This document shows positions 11,639-21,835 of a stretch of DNA of 64,000 bases, piece by piece. The translations under genes and the position numbers were made by a program. The notes below the pieces were generated by a model. The model was not told the DNA's origin and searched no databases. It was given only the letters and a program-made list of their open reading frames with translations. Origin of the DNA: an uncultured Chloroflexia bacterium (GTDB taxonomy: Bacteria > Chloroflexota > Anaerolineae > CG2-30-64-16); assembly GCA_963774265.1 (NCBI GenBank), contig CAVZDU010000007.1, positions 448,001 through 512,000 on the forward strand. Reading direction: 5' to 3'. Each line of letters begins with the position of its first letter. Positions within the stretch are counted from its first letter, which is position 1.

Positions 11639-14099
11639 ATGAACGATCCTCAGGGTGGGTCAGAGGAACGGGGCGTTTTGGCCCCCGCACTACGGGTCTG
11701 GCGAAGGCGCGCGCTCTACGCGCTCCTGACGGTGATTGCAGTTGCGGGATTGCCTGCCTATATAACGCCGCTGATCAATGCACGCGGCATCGGGGGGCAT
11801 TACCCCTTTGTTGTGGGCTTATCTTGGCATCTATATCGCATTCGTCGCCCTGGCGCTTGCCCCCTCCCTCCCAGAGAGTACGCGCGCATTCGGCCTCATG
11901 GGGCTGGCGTACGCCAACGGTGTTGCCAGCCTGGCGCGCTTGGGTTTGGCCGGGAGTGGCCGGCTTTATCTGCTGGCCATGCCAGTCGTTGCTGCACTTC
12001 TGCTGGGGACCCGGGCCGGTTATGCGTCGGCCGGGGTCAGCGTGCTCATCTATGCAGTCTTCACCTTTCTTGCCGGCAAAGGCCTGCTTGAGGACCTGAT
12101 CACCCAGCCCCTGAATCCCACCGGCCTGCGCGACTGGCTCGAAGCCGGTTTCGCCTTCATCGTATTCCTGCTGGTGCTGGCAGTGTTGGTCGAGCGTTTT
12201 GCCGACCTGCTGGTGCGTGCATTGGCATCGCAACAGCGGACGTCAAACGAACTCGCATCGACCGCGCGTGCGCTTCGGGATCGCGAGGAAGTACTGGTGC
12301 GCCAGACAGAGACGCTGGCCGCGTTGCACGACACCGCCGTCGGCGTCGCCAGTGCCCGGGGCGCCCAGGAACTGCTCAGCGCCCTGGTTGATCGTTCGGT
12401 TGCGCTGGTCGGCGCGGCGTATGGTTGGCTGTACCTCGTGGACAGCGAGCGTGATGAGTTAGTTGCGCATGTGGGAACCGGCATGTTCCAGCGGCGTGTG
12501 GGAGTGCGTTTGAAGCGCGGTGAGGGCCTGTCCGGTCAAATCTGGGCTGAGGGCCGGCCGCTGGCCATCGACAACTATCGCTTCTGGGACGGTCGTTCGT
12601 CAGCGTTCGAGGGCGATCCGATCGGGCCGGCCATGGGGGTGCCGCTTTTCGTCGAGGGCCAGGTGGCAGGCGTAATTGGTTTGACGCGGCTGATGTACTC
12701 CAAGGGATACACCGGGGAAGAGCTGAACACAATCGGCCGGCTTGCGGAATTGGCCGGCATCCTGCTTACCAACGCGCGGCTCCACGGAGCACTCGAACAG
12801 GAACTGGCAGCACGCGTGGAGGCGCAGGACGCCTTGCAGGTTGCCTATGAAGATCTGGAACTCCGGGTGCAGGAGCGAACCGCCGAGCTGGCTGCCCTTC
12901 ACGCGGAGGAGCGTGAGCGCCGCGCCGAAGCGGAGCGCTCACGCCGTATCGCAGATGGCATGCGCGAGATTGTTGCAGCGCTCAACCTGCGCCTCAAACT
13001 CGGCGACACGCTCGGTTTCATCGTCACCCACGCTTGCCGGATGCTTAAGAGCGATGGCGCGGCGATCTTCAGGCTGGAGCAAATCCCCGCCGGTGATCCG
13101 ACGTTATACGTGCAGGCCGGCTGCGGGCTCGACCCGCAATTCATGGAGATGGCCTCGCTTCCCTATCGTGACAGTATCGCGGGCCGGGCTCTGCAGGAAA
13201 ACCGGCCGATTCCTGTGCCCAGCATCAGCAGCCAACTTGCAGCCACATCCGGTGATTCAGCGCCGCCGCCTTACCTGCAGCGACCTGAGATGCAGCAACT
13301 CATGGCATCGTTCTCAGGGATGCTGTTGACGCCACTGTTTGTCGGCGGTCAGCCTTATGGTGTCATGGCTTTGTATTATCGTGACTCTCGAACCTTCACC
13401 GAGGAAGACGTTAGCGAAGCCCAGAGCCTTGCCGATCAGGTCGCGTTGGCCATCGAGAGCGCCCGGCTGCGTGAGCGTGAGGGACAGGCTGCTGCGTTGG
13501 ACGAGCGCAGCCGTCTGGCGCGGGAGTTGCACGACTCGGTGACCCAATCGCTCTACAGCATGACCCTATATGCAGAGGCGGCCGCGCGCCAGGTGGAAGC
13601 GGGCCATGCGGGAGAGGTAGCCGATCACCTGCGCGCATTGCGCGATACTTCGCGCGACGCTTTGCGGGAAATGCGCCTATTGATCTATGAGCTCCAGCCA
13701 CCTGAGATAGAGCGCACGGGGCTTGCCGCAGCACTTCGCACCCGCTTGCTGGGTGTCGAAACCCGGGGTGGGGTGCAAGCTGAGTTGGTGCAAGACGGCG
13801 ATGAAACGATATCCACCTCGACCCAACAGGAACTCTATCACATCGCGCGCGAGGCGCTGAACAATTCACTCAAGCACGCTCAAGCGACACGCATCAAGGT
13901 GCACCTGTACTATCGTCCTCAGGTTACTGTGATGGAAATCGAGGATGATGGGGCAGGTTTCGACTCTCAAGCCGGCATGGAAGCGGGCGGCATGGGTCTG
14001 CGAACAATGCGAGAGCGTGCGCAGCACCTGGGAGCGCAGCTTGACCTGTGCACAGAAGAGGGGACGGGAACGACCGTTCGGGTGACGCTGAAAACCTGA
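11639..14099 (+). CDS. Membrane-bound 2xGAF sensor histidine kinase, HisKA_3 (NarX-like; frameshift in the G run near 11792)
   Basis: Multi-TM N-terminus, two GAF domains, ERSRLARELHDSVTQ H-box, EALNNSLKHA, DDGAGF, GMGL. Confidence 0.9.
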
Positions 14100-14124
14100 C
14101 GCAGGATGTGCCTGGCTTGCAGCC

Positions 14125-15762
14125 TCAACCGGGGGCCTGGCGATCCAGCCACTCCTGGTACAGGTCGTCCAACTCGCACTTGCACGCATCTTCGGCCATT
14201 GATTTGAAATCCGCGGTGGTGGCGATCCCCCAGCGGAAACGCGACGCATAGTCCCTCAGGAACTTGTCGAAGACCCCCTGCCCCACACGTTCAGCCAGGG
14301 CCGATAGAAAGAGCGGGCCCCGGCAATACACAATCGGAGAGTATTCGTTGGGCTCATATTCGGCAGCGGGTAAGCCTACGGGCTTTGCCAGCCGGCCGGC
14401 GCGATCCCAACGGGCTCCCCACGATGTGCTCCAGTCGTCCGCGACATTCCTGCCATAACGGTCAACCTGGTACAACCAGATACTGTACTCGGCAAGGGCC
14501 TCGTCCAGCCAGGGCTCATCAATCTGATCGTTGCCCACGAGATTGTAGAACCATTGATGAGCCACTTCGTGAGCCACGGTGCTCTCGAGAACGGCCATCT
14601 GCCGCCGGCTGTCGGTATTGGCGTCGGAATCGTATACCTTCTGGGTGATTCCCACGGCGCCAGGATACTCGATGCCCAGAGCCGCCAGCATGGGAGTGGC
14701 AGCAATGTCAAGCTCCGTGTACGGGTAAGGTCCAAATCGGTCGCTGAAAATGCGCAGCGCGTTGATCGCTGTATCCAATGCTATTTCAGCGGCTTCCTCT
14801 TCTCCCGCCAGTGCGTAGCTGCTGACCTGCGTTTCCCCCAACTGCTGGGTTTTTGACACATACTCAGCGCTGCCGGCGATGAAGAAATCCCGGGCGGGGC
14901 CGTGGCTGAAGGTCACCGTTTGAGCGGCGTCGCTGATCTCACGCTCGATTACCACACCTGTAGCCACCAGCTTGAGCTCTTTTGGTGCCGTGACTCGCAC
15001 CAAGTAGAAGCTGGGATCGTTATAGCTGGTGTCCGCATTTGCCGGTGGTGTTTCTACATTCCAGCCTTCATCATCGAAGACAGGGATCACTGCATAGGGC
15101 ACGTCCAGGGCCAGAATGCCCCCCGTATAGCCGATCAAGCCATATCCCTTATCAAGGGTCTCGGGTATCGTCAGGTGGAAGGTCAGAGACAGGACCGCGC
15201 TTTGCCCCGGGCTAAGGGGTCGCGGCAATGGCGCCAGGAGGGCGGTGCGTCCAAAGTGATACTCCGCCCGTACGCTAACTCCATCCACCGTCACATCGGA
15301 TACGGACATGTCACCGCCCAGCGCGTTCGGGAAAAGCCGCACGAAGATGCGGTCAAGCTGGGTCTCTTCGCGATTCGTGTAGAACACCTGCTGGCGACCA
15401 GTGATGGTCGTAAAGCTCTCGCCGATGTTCAAGTCAATGCGATACTCACTTGCGCCAGGCAATCTGTCCAGGACACCATACTCGCCCCTCACCAGGCCGC
15501 GCCGGTACGCCGTCCTGTCGCCCCAGTCTGGCCCGAACATGGGCGCCACATCCTGCGCCGTTACCGACGGAAACGATTCGATGATCGGCGGGTTGGACGC
15601 AGGCGTCAGAGTGGGATTTCCCGGTGTGATGTCAGGAGTCAGCGCAGGTGTTGTGCGATCGGGTGCAGGCGTGAGAAGCCCGGCAGGTGCACACGAAGCC
15701 AGGATGAGTGCGACCAAGAATAGCAGAGAAAAGCGCGCAAGGCTCGGGTTCCGAAGCGTCAT
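14125..15762 (-). CDS. M1 family zinc metallopeptidase, lipoprotein
   Basis: Lipobox ILASC, GIEYPG, HEVAHQWF...WLDEALAEY gluzincin motif. Confidence 0.9.
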   Translation of the reverse strand: MTLRNPSLARFSLLFLVALILASCAPAGLLTPAPDRTTPALTPDITPGNPTLTPASNPPIIESFPSVTAQDVAPMFGPDWGDRTAYRRGLVRGEYGVLDRLPGASEYRIDLNIGESFTTITGRQQVFYTNREETQLDRIFVRLFPNALGGDMSVSDVTVDGVSVRAEYHFGRTALLAPLPRPLSPGQSAVLSLTFHLTIPETLDKGYGLIGYTGGILALDVPYAVIPVFDDEGWNVETPPANADTSYNDPSFYLVRVTAPKELKLVATGVVIEREISDAAQTVTFSHGPARDFFIAGSAEYVSKTQQLGETQVSSYALAGEEEAAEIALDTAINALRIFSDRFGPYPYTELDIAATPMLAALGIEYPGAVGITQKVYDSDANTDSRRQMAVLESTVAHEVAHQWFYNLVGNDQIDEPWLDEALAEYSIWLYQVDRYGRNVADDWSTSWGARWDRAGRLAKPVGLPAAEYEPNEYSPIVYCRGPLFLSALAERVGQGVFDKFLRDYASRFRWGIATTADFKSMAEDACKCELDDLYQEWLDRQAPG

Positions 15763-16421
15763 TTGTCGTCTAGCTTTGCCAGGCCCTCCCGCAGAGCAAA
15801 TCTGGCGGCCTGGGTGCGATTTGCGAGGTGCAACTTGCCGAGGATGTTGCTCACGTGAGTGCGGACTGTGCGCTCACTGATCACCAGCTTGCCTGCGATC
15901 TCCTGGTTTGACAGTCCTTGCGCGACCAGGATGAGCACCTGCGCCTCGCGATCGGTCAACGGCTCCACCGTCGGTCCAGCCGTTTGCGGCCGGTTCAGCT
16001 CCTTGATGACGCGTCGTGCGATGGCTGGATGCAGTGAGACCTCTCCGCATGCGACGTCGCGAATTGCTTTGAGCAGGTCGTGGGGCGAAGCGTCCTTGAG
16101 CAAATAGCCGAGGGCGCCGGCCATGATCGCCGGAAAGACGCGATCATCCTCCGCGAAGCTGGTTAACACCAGGATGCGCGCCTGCGGATCCCCCTGTCGA
16201 ATTTCCGTCAACGCGGCCAAGCCATCCATGCGAGGCATCACCAGGTCCAGGATCGTGACATCCGGCTTGAGTGCTTGCTGCAGACGAACTGCCTCGATGC
16301 CATCAGCGGCTTCGCCGATCAGTTCCATGTTTGGCTCTGTTTCGATCAGGGCGCGCAGACCCTCTCTCACGATCGCGTGATCGTCGGCAATCAGGATGCG
16401 GATGCATTCCTCGTCTGACAT
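15759..16421 (-). CDS. NarL/LuxR family response regulator
   Basis: REC (ADDH, LDLVMP, GYLLK) plus LuxR HTH (LTDRE...GLSNQEIA...TVRTHV). Confidence 0.95.
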   Translation of the reverse strand: MSDEECIRILIADDHAIVREGLRALIETEPNMELIGEAADGIEAVRLQQALKPDVTILDLVMPRMDGLAALTEIRQGDPQARILVLTSFAEDDRVFPAIMAGALGYLLKDASPHDLLKAIRDVACGEVSLHPAIARRVIKELNRPQTAGPTVEPLTDREAQVLILVAQGLSNQEIAGKLVISERTVRTHVSNILGKLHLANRTQAARFALREGLAKLDDK

Positions 16422-16429
16422 AAACGCCT

Positions 16430-17479
16430 TCAGCTCTCCTCAGTGTGGCCGAACGGGATGTACACGGTGATTGAAGCGCCCTGGCCCGGCCCCGACGCGA
16501 CGTCAAGGCGTCCACCCAGGCGTTGGGTCCGCTCCTGCATGCTCACGAGCCCCAAACCGCCCTTATCGACCACCGTCCCCGGCAAAAAGCCACGGCCATC
16601 ATCGATCACTGCCAGGGTGACTTCCTCTGGGGTTGTGCACAGACGGACCGAGACTGACGACGCCCTCGAATGTTTCAGTGAGTTGTTCAACGCTTCCAGC
16701 GCGATCCGGTAGAGCTCGGCCTCGATGTGTTCAGGTACAAGGCCATCGCCTTCAACGATCAGGCTTGTCTTGACGCCCGTTCGATCTTCCACGGCTTCGA
16801 GCCGCTGCTTCAATGCATTGGCCAGGCCGTCTCGTTCGAGGATCAGTGGCCGCAGCTCGTAAACCAGCAGACGCATCTCCTTGAGCACCTGTTGCGCAGA
16901 TTCCCCGATCCGGGCCAGATAACCTGCGCCGCGTTCTATGTTCCCGGCACTGACGAGGCGCCTGGCGGCTTCGGCCATGAGAGACAGGCTATACAGCGAC
17001 TGCGTCACTGAATCGTGTAGTTCGCGAGCGAGGCGCTGTCGCTCGTGCAGCACAGCAAGGTCGTGCGCCTGGGTGACTCGCTGCTCGAGCAGCTGCTGGG
17101 AGCGCACACGCTCGGTGATGTCCAGCGCAACGCCGACGCAACCGTCGATTTCGCCGTCTGCGCCGCGCAAAGGCTCGATATAGCCCTCAAAAAACGAATC
17201 AGCCCACCGTGTTTGATACGCGACGCTCTCACCAGACAGCGCGCGCTGGTGTGCCTGCAGCACCGTGTCTACCTCCGGAGAGCCGGCTTTCCCGGTGCTT
17301 GTCGCGTGTTTCCCGATCAGGTCGCTCGGTCCGAGGTTGAGGGCGGCCAGGCCTGCGCCACCAATCGAAGTATACTTCAGGTTCTTGTCCGTCGTCCATA
17401 TCACCGCAGGCACCTGTGCGACCAGAAGACGCAACTGGGCTTCACTCTGTAGGACGGTTTGCGGTGGTGAATCTTTCAT
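16430..17479 (-). CDS. PAS sensor histidine kinase, HisKA_3
   Basis: PAS/PAC (GCVGVALDITER), ERQRLARELHDSVTQ, DDGRGF, GLGL. Confidence 0.92.
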   Translation of the reverse strand: MKDSPPQTVLQSEAQLRLLVAQVPAVIWTTDKNLKYTSIGGAGLAALNLGPSDLIGKHATSTGKAGSPEVDTVLQAHQRALSGESVAYQTRWADSFFEGYIEPLRGADGEIDGCVGVALDITERVRSQQLLEQRVTQAHDLAVLHERQRLARELHDSVTQSLYSLSLMAEAARRLVSAGNIERGAGYLARIGESAQQVLKEMRLLVYELRPLILERDGLANALKQRLEAVEDRTGVKTSLIVEGDGLVPEHIEAELYRIALEALNNSLKHSRASSVSVRLCTTPEEVTLAVIDDGRGFLPGTVVDKGGLGLVSMQERTQRLGGRLDVASGPGQGASITVYIPFGHTEES

Positions 17480-18264
17480 GATGCCCGTGGGCGGGAACCT
17501 CTGGAATGACGCAACGCCGCAGACCGGCTGACATTCATGCCATCGTCCGCGGAGGTGCTCGCAGCGAGCGGTAGTCGTATCGCGAACCCACCTGAGCCGT
17601 TCTTGCTCGCCGGAAGGATCGCTTCCAGCTCGCCGCCCTCGTGCCGGACCAGCTGCCTGGCGACGTACAGTCCCAGGCCCATGCTGACCGGAAAACGACT
17701 CTCTGCATCGCCTGTATAGAAGAGATCAAATATGCGGTCGAAATCCTCTCGCTTGAGGGCAAGTTGGTCACCCGTCACGCTTACCAACAGCCATTCGCCC
17801 TCTATCTTTGCCGCGAAGCTCAGGGTTGAGCCCACATGCGCCCGACGCACGGTGTTGGCCAGCAGGTTATTCAGAGATTGCGCCAATTTGTCCTCATCCA
17901 CGCGGATGGGCGGCAGGGTGTCGGGGATCTCAACGTTCCAGGCTAATGTCTTATCTGGTTGCATCGGCTGCCAGCGAGCGATCAACTGTCGAAGCCATGG
18001 ACCTGGCAGCACAGTGCGGCGCATCAGCGAGACAGTCCCCTTTTCGAGTGCCATGAACTGGATGATGTTTTCAAGCACGCGCTGCAGCTCGATCAATTCA
18101 AGCTCGATTCCCCGAAGCATCTCGCGCCGGATGATCGGGTCTTCATCGGCGCCATTCAGTAAGGCTTGCGCGGTTGAACGCAGTGCGCCTGATGTTCGCC
18201 CAGCCTTGTGAATGAGCCGGGTCAGGAGTTGATCGTTTAGTTCCTCTCGCCGTACGCTGTTCAA
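17476..18264 (-). CDS. Sensor-less histidine kinase-like protein with degenerate catalytic boxes
   Basis: HisKA/HATPase layout; H-box HKAGRT, N-box NLLANTVRR, no DxGxG box, but F-box and GLGL retained. Confidence 0.72.
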   Translation of the reverse strand: MNSVRREELNDQLLTRLIHKAGRTSGALRSTAQALLNGADEDPIIRREMLRGIELELIELQRVLENIIQFMALEKGTVSLMRRTVLPGPWLRQLIARWQPMQPDKTLAWNVEIPDTLPPIRVDEDKLAQSLNNLLANTVRRAHVGSTLSFAAKIEGEWLLVSVTGDQLALKREDFDRIFDLFYTGDAESRFPVSMGLGLYVARQLVRHEGGELEAILPASKNGSGGFAIRLPLAASTSADDGMNVSRSAALRHSRGSRPRAS

Positions 18265-18357
18265 CGCGAGCCGCCTGTGCGCAAAGTAGAATGTTTAGCC
18301 TTTCGACCGGTCACGGCTGGGCTATGATCATGATACTTCTCAAGTGGCACAGGAGGC

Positions 18358-18396
18358 CTTAAGATTAGTTGCCATCGGCTTTAACGCAACCTTAAG
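18358..18396. promoter_or_regulatory. CTTAAG direct-repeat box (11-bp phase)
   Basis: CTTAAG at 18358, TTTAAC at 18380, CTTAAG at 18391. Confidence 0.55.
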
Positions 18397-18406
18397 GGCC
18401 CACATG

Positions 18407-19138
18407 TCATGTTGCGGGACTTGGTCCTGCCTGAAAGTCAAGCAGCTTGTAGCCTTTGCCTCGGACCGTGATGATTCGTGTCGGCTTGCTTGGGTGCTCC
18501 TCCATCTTTTCCCGCAGCCACCGGATGTGAACGTACACCACCTGGGGCTCGCCGTAATACTCAGCGCCCCAGACTTGTGCGAGGATATCCTCGACCGAAA
18601 GCACCTTACCCGCGTTCAGGGAGAGCACGTGCAATAGGTCGAATTCCCTGGGCGAGAGTTGCAGGGGTTGACCGCGCAGGGTCACCTCCACAGCCGAGGG
18701 GTCAATGGTCAGATCGCCGACGCGGAGGATTGGATCGACGTTGCCTGCCAGGGGTTGGCTGAGCGGCCTTTCGGTTTGGCTGCGGCGCAGTACGGCCTTT
18801 ACACGGGCCAACAATACGCCGAAATCAAAGGGCTTGGTGATGTAATCATCGGCGCCGAGCTCTAAGCCCATCTGCTCGTCGAGCTCACGCCGGCGTGCAG
18901 TCACGAAGATCACCGGGCATCCGATCTCCTGCCGAAATTCGCGCAGCGCCTGGAGACCATCCATGCCGGGCAAGCCGATGTCCAGTAGAACGAGGTCAGG
19001 GGCATCTCGGCGTGCGATCCCCAGCGCATCCTCGGCCTTTCCCGCTGAGCTGACCCGGTAGCCCGACTGCTCCAGGTTGTATACGAGGCTTCGCCGGAGC
19101 AATACTTCATCATCGACGACGAGCAGGTGCGTGCTCAT
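18407..19138 (-). CDS. OmpR/PhoB family response regulator
   Basis: REC (VDDE, LDIGLP, YITKPF) plus winged helix (LSPREFDLL, VYVHIRWLREK, TVRGKGY). Confidence 0.95.
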   Translation of the reverse strand: MSTHLLVVDDEVLLRRSLVYNLEQSGYRVSSAGKAEDALGIARRDAPDLVLLDIGLPGMDGLQALREFRQEIGCPVIFVTARRRELDEQMGLELGADDYITKPFDFGVLLARVKAVLRRSQTERPLSQPLAGNVDPILRVGDLTIDPSAVEVTLRGQPLQLSPREFDLLHVLSLNAGKVLSVEDILAQVWGAEYYGEPQVVYVHIRWLREKMEEHPSKPTRIITVRGKGYKLLDFQAGPSPAT

Positions 19139-19150
19139 TCCATCATCCCC

Positions 19151-20665
19151 TCAGTCCGCGATCCTCACCCGAACCATGGTCCCATGACCCGGTTGAGATT
19201 CGTAGGTTACGACACCTTCCATCTGTTCCACGAGCATAGCGACGACGTGCACCCCGAGTGAGCCGCCCTGCTCCTGCGAGAACCCCGGTGGCAGCCCAAT
19301 GCCATTATCCCCCACGCTGAGCTCAATCCAATCATCGCTCACATGCAAACAAACTTTCACTTTGCCGGTCCGGCCAAGGCCCACAGGGAATGCGTGCTTG
19401 AGGGCGTTCGAAATCAGTTCATTCACAAGCAGCCCGTAGTGAATAGCGCCTTCCTGCGACACATAGTATCGATCGAGATCGTATTCTATTTCTGTGCCAT
19501 GACCCGCGAGTGCTTCACGCAGTTCTCCGCCCAGCCGGCTGATGTACCCGGCAAGATCAATCTGTGTCACGTCAGAGGCGCCGTAAAGCGCCTCGTGTAC
19601 ACGGGCAACCGAGAGGATTCGGTTCTGTGTGTCACGCAGGATCGCGCGCAGCTGGTCGTGTTCAAGCACCGCGCCCTGCAAGTCCAGCAAGCTGTTCAGG
19701 AGGCTCAGGTTGTTCTTGACTCGATGGTGCACTTCCTGGAGCAGTAGCTCCTTCTCAGCAAGAGAACGCTCCAGCGCCTGCCGCGCCACGATCAGTGCTT
19801 CCTGGGTCTGCTTGAGTTCCGTCAGATCAGCTATTGAATCCAGCACATACTCGTGCCCGGCCTTGGCGGATGTGATTCTGATGAACTTCTCTTCACCGGT
19901 GGTTCGCAGCATATGCCTCTGCTCGACGCTCACTGGTTGTCCGGTTCGGAAACTCCAGCGGATACGTTGAGGAAACTCGGGCGCATGACTAAAGAACTCA
20001 TCCAGATCGGCACCGTCGAACTCCCTCAAATGCCCGTTAGAGAAGTCACGCGCCGAGGAGTTATAGAAGTGCAGGGCGAATTTGTCGTTACCCGTGTGCT
20101 TCCAGACCAGGGTGGGATACGGGATCGCCTGGAAAACGGACCGAAAAAACAATTCACGGTCGCGCAATGCTGCCTTCGAGCGCACCGCGTCGGTGACGTC
20201 GTGTGCCTGCACCGAGTACCCTTGTTCGCCGAGCGACGAGACGGAGCACTCGAGGTGAATGATCCTGGCTGCCTCGGACGGGTCAACGGGGGACCCGTCC
20301 TCCGGATTGGGGCCGTCCAGCGTGACACGCAGGCGTAGCACCTCGCCATCGGCCAGGCGCGCGCACACCTCGGGTGTCCAATAGGCGCCCTCGAACAGGG
20401 CCTTTCGGATTTCCTGCGCAACTGAGGTTGCGCCAGGCATTTTGAGCAGCGCGGTATTGGCCGATACCAGGGCGCCGCTGGGCGAGAAGAGGAAATGCGC
20501 GATTTCCGCGTCCCTGATCAGATACGCGAAATGAGTCTCGCCGGTCGCCTCCAATTCGTTAACGCGGCTCTGCGCCGCAGCGAGTTCGCTGATCAGCTGT
20601 CTGCGCGTCTTGTTCGGTGCTTGAGGCACGGATCGACTTCCTTCTTCCTCACGTCGCTCGTTCAA
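19151..20665 (-). CDS. PAS-containing histidine kinase, HisKA_2 type
   Basis: LLQEVHHRVKNNL H-box, VNELISNALKHAF, DNGIG, SLG; TTG start uncertain. Confidence 0.9.
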   Translation of the reverse strand: MNERREEEGSRSVPQAPNKTRRQLISELAAAQSRVNELEATGETHFAYLIRDAEIAHFLFSPSGALVSANTALLKMPGATSVAQEIRKALFEGAYWTPEVCARLADGEVLRLRVTLDGPNPEDGSPVDPSEAARIIHLECSVSSLGEQGYSVQAHDVTDAVRSKAALRDRELFFRSVFQAIPYPTLVWKHTGNDKFALHFYNSSARDFSNGHLREFDGADLDEFFSHAPEFPQRIRWSFRTGQPVSVEQRHMLRTTGEEKFIRITSAKAGHEYVLDSIADLTELKQTQEALIVARQALERSLAEKELLLQEVHHRVKNNLSLLNSLLDLQGAVLEHDQLRAILRDTQNRILSVARVHEALYGASDVTQIDLAGYISRLGGELREALAGHGTEIEYDLDRYYVSQEGAIHYGLLVNELISNALKHAFPVGLGRTGKVKVCLHVSDDWIELSVGDNGIGLPPGFSQEQGGSLGVHVVAMLVEQMEGVVTYESQPGHGTMVRVRIAD

Positions 20666-20711
20666 CGGTCTTCCAGATTATAAGCCTAAGCTGTCAGAAT
20701 TCACAGCGGCA

Positions 20712-20739
20712 CTTAAGCCGGTCTTAAGGTCACCTTGAG
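20712..20739. promoter_or_regulatory. CTTAAG direct-repeat box (11-bp phase)
   Basis: CTTAAG 20712, CTTAAG 20723, CTTGAG 20734 in the divergent region between the kinase operon and the ABC operon. Confidence 0.65.
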
Positions 20740-20829
20740 AAATCTGTAAAGACGCAGGACCCCGCATGCCCTTTAATGAGGCTATTCAGTATTGTGGTTT
20801 GTGGAAGTGAGGAAGGACAGGCTTTGGTT

Positions 20830-21835
20830 ATGCATCAACACATCGACCAGAATCCACCGGATGCCGGGTTACGATCCGGCTCTGAACCTCCGCGACCGGT
20901 CATCGTCATGCAAAACGCCAGCAAGCGATTCGGTGACGCGGCCGCGGTTGAGAACTTGAGCTTCACGGTTCACGAGGGCGAGATTTTCGGCTTCATAGGC
21001 CCTTCGGGAAGCGGCAAGACCACAACGATCCGCCTCATGAACGGCACGTATCAACCTACCGATGGCACGGTGACAGTGTTCGGCCAGCCGGCAGACCGGA
21101 TGAAGACGCAGGTGCGGGAACGCATTGGCTACCTGCCGCAGCTTTTCATCTTGTATCCCAACCTGTCGGTCAAAGAGAACATCGATTTCTCAGCATCGTT
21201 GTACGGGATGAGCTGGTTCGGTCGTCGCGGGCGCCGGCGCGAGGTGTTGGAGTTTGTTGAGCTCTGGGACCACCGGGGCAAGCTGGCGCGCGATATTTCG
21301 GGCGGCATGCAGCGCCGGCTGGCCCTGGCGTCATCACTGATCCATGACCCCAAACTCATCTTCCTGGATGAGCCGACCGCCGGCATCGACCCGATATTGC
21401 GTGCCAAGTTCTGGGATGCCTTCCGTGCGTTGAAGGCCCAAGGCCGTTCGCTGTTCGTCACCACCCAGTATGTCACGGAAGCTGAGTACTGCGATCACGT
21501 GGCGGTGCTGGGCCACGGCCGCATCATTGCCGTTGACACGCCTGAGAATCTTCGTTTGCGTGCCTTCGGCGGCGAGATCATCGAGGTGCGCTCGCCGAAA
21601 ATCGGACACGCCACACGCCCCTTGTTCTCCCGGCTTGTAGGGATTCAGTCTATCGACACAAGCGTCGCCGGCCAGGCCCGGCTGGTGGTCGACGATGCAT
21701 CGTCAGCCATGCCGGCAGTCATGGGATCTGCTCCGTGGAGACGGCATGGAGATCGAGGGCCTCGAGCAGTATCGGCCCAACTTTGACGAGGTTTTCGTAC
21801 GCCTGCTGCAGCAGGAAGAGGCCGATCGTGTTTAA
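20830..21835 (+). CDS. ABC-2 exporter ATP-binding subunit (frameshift near 21724)
   Basis: GPSGSGKT, ISGGMQRR, FLDEPTAGID; the shifted frame ends PNFDEVFVRLL...TAA 21835. Confidence 0.93.
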
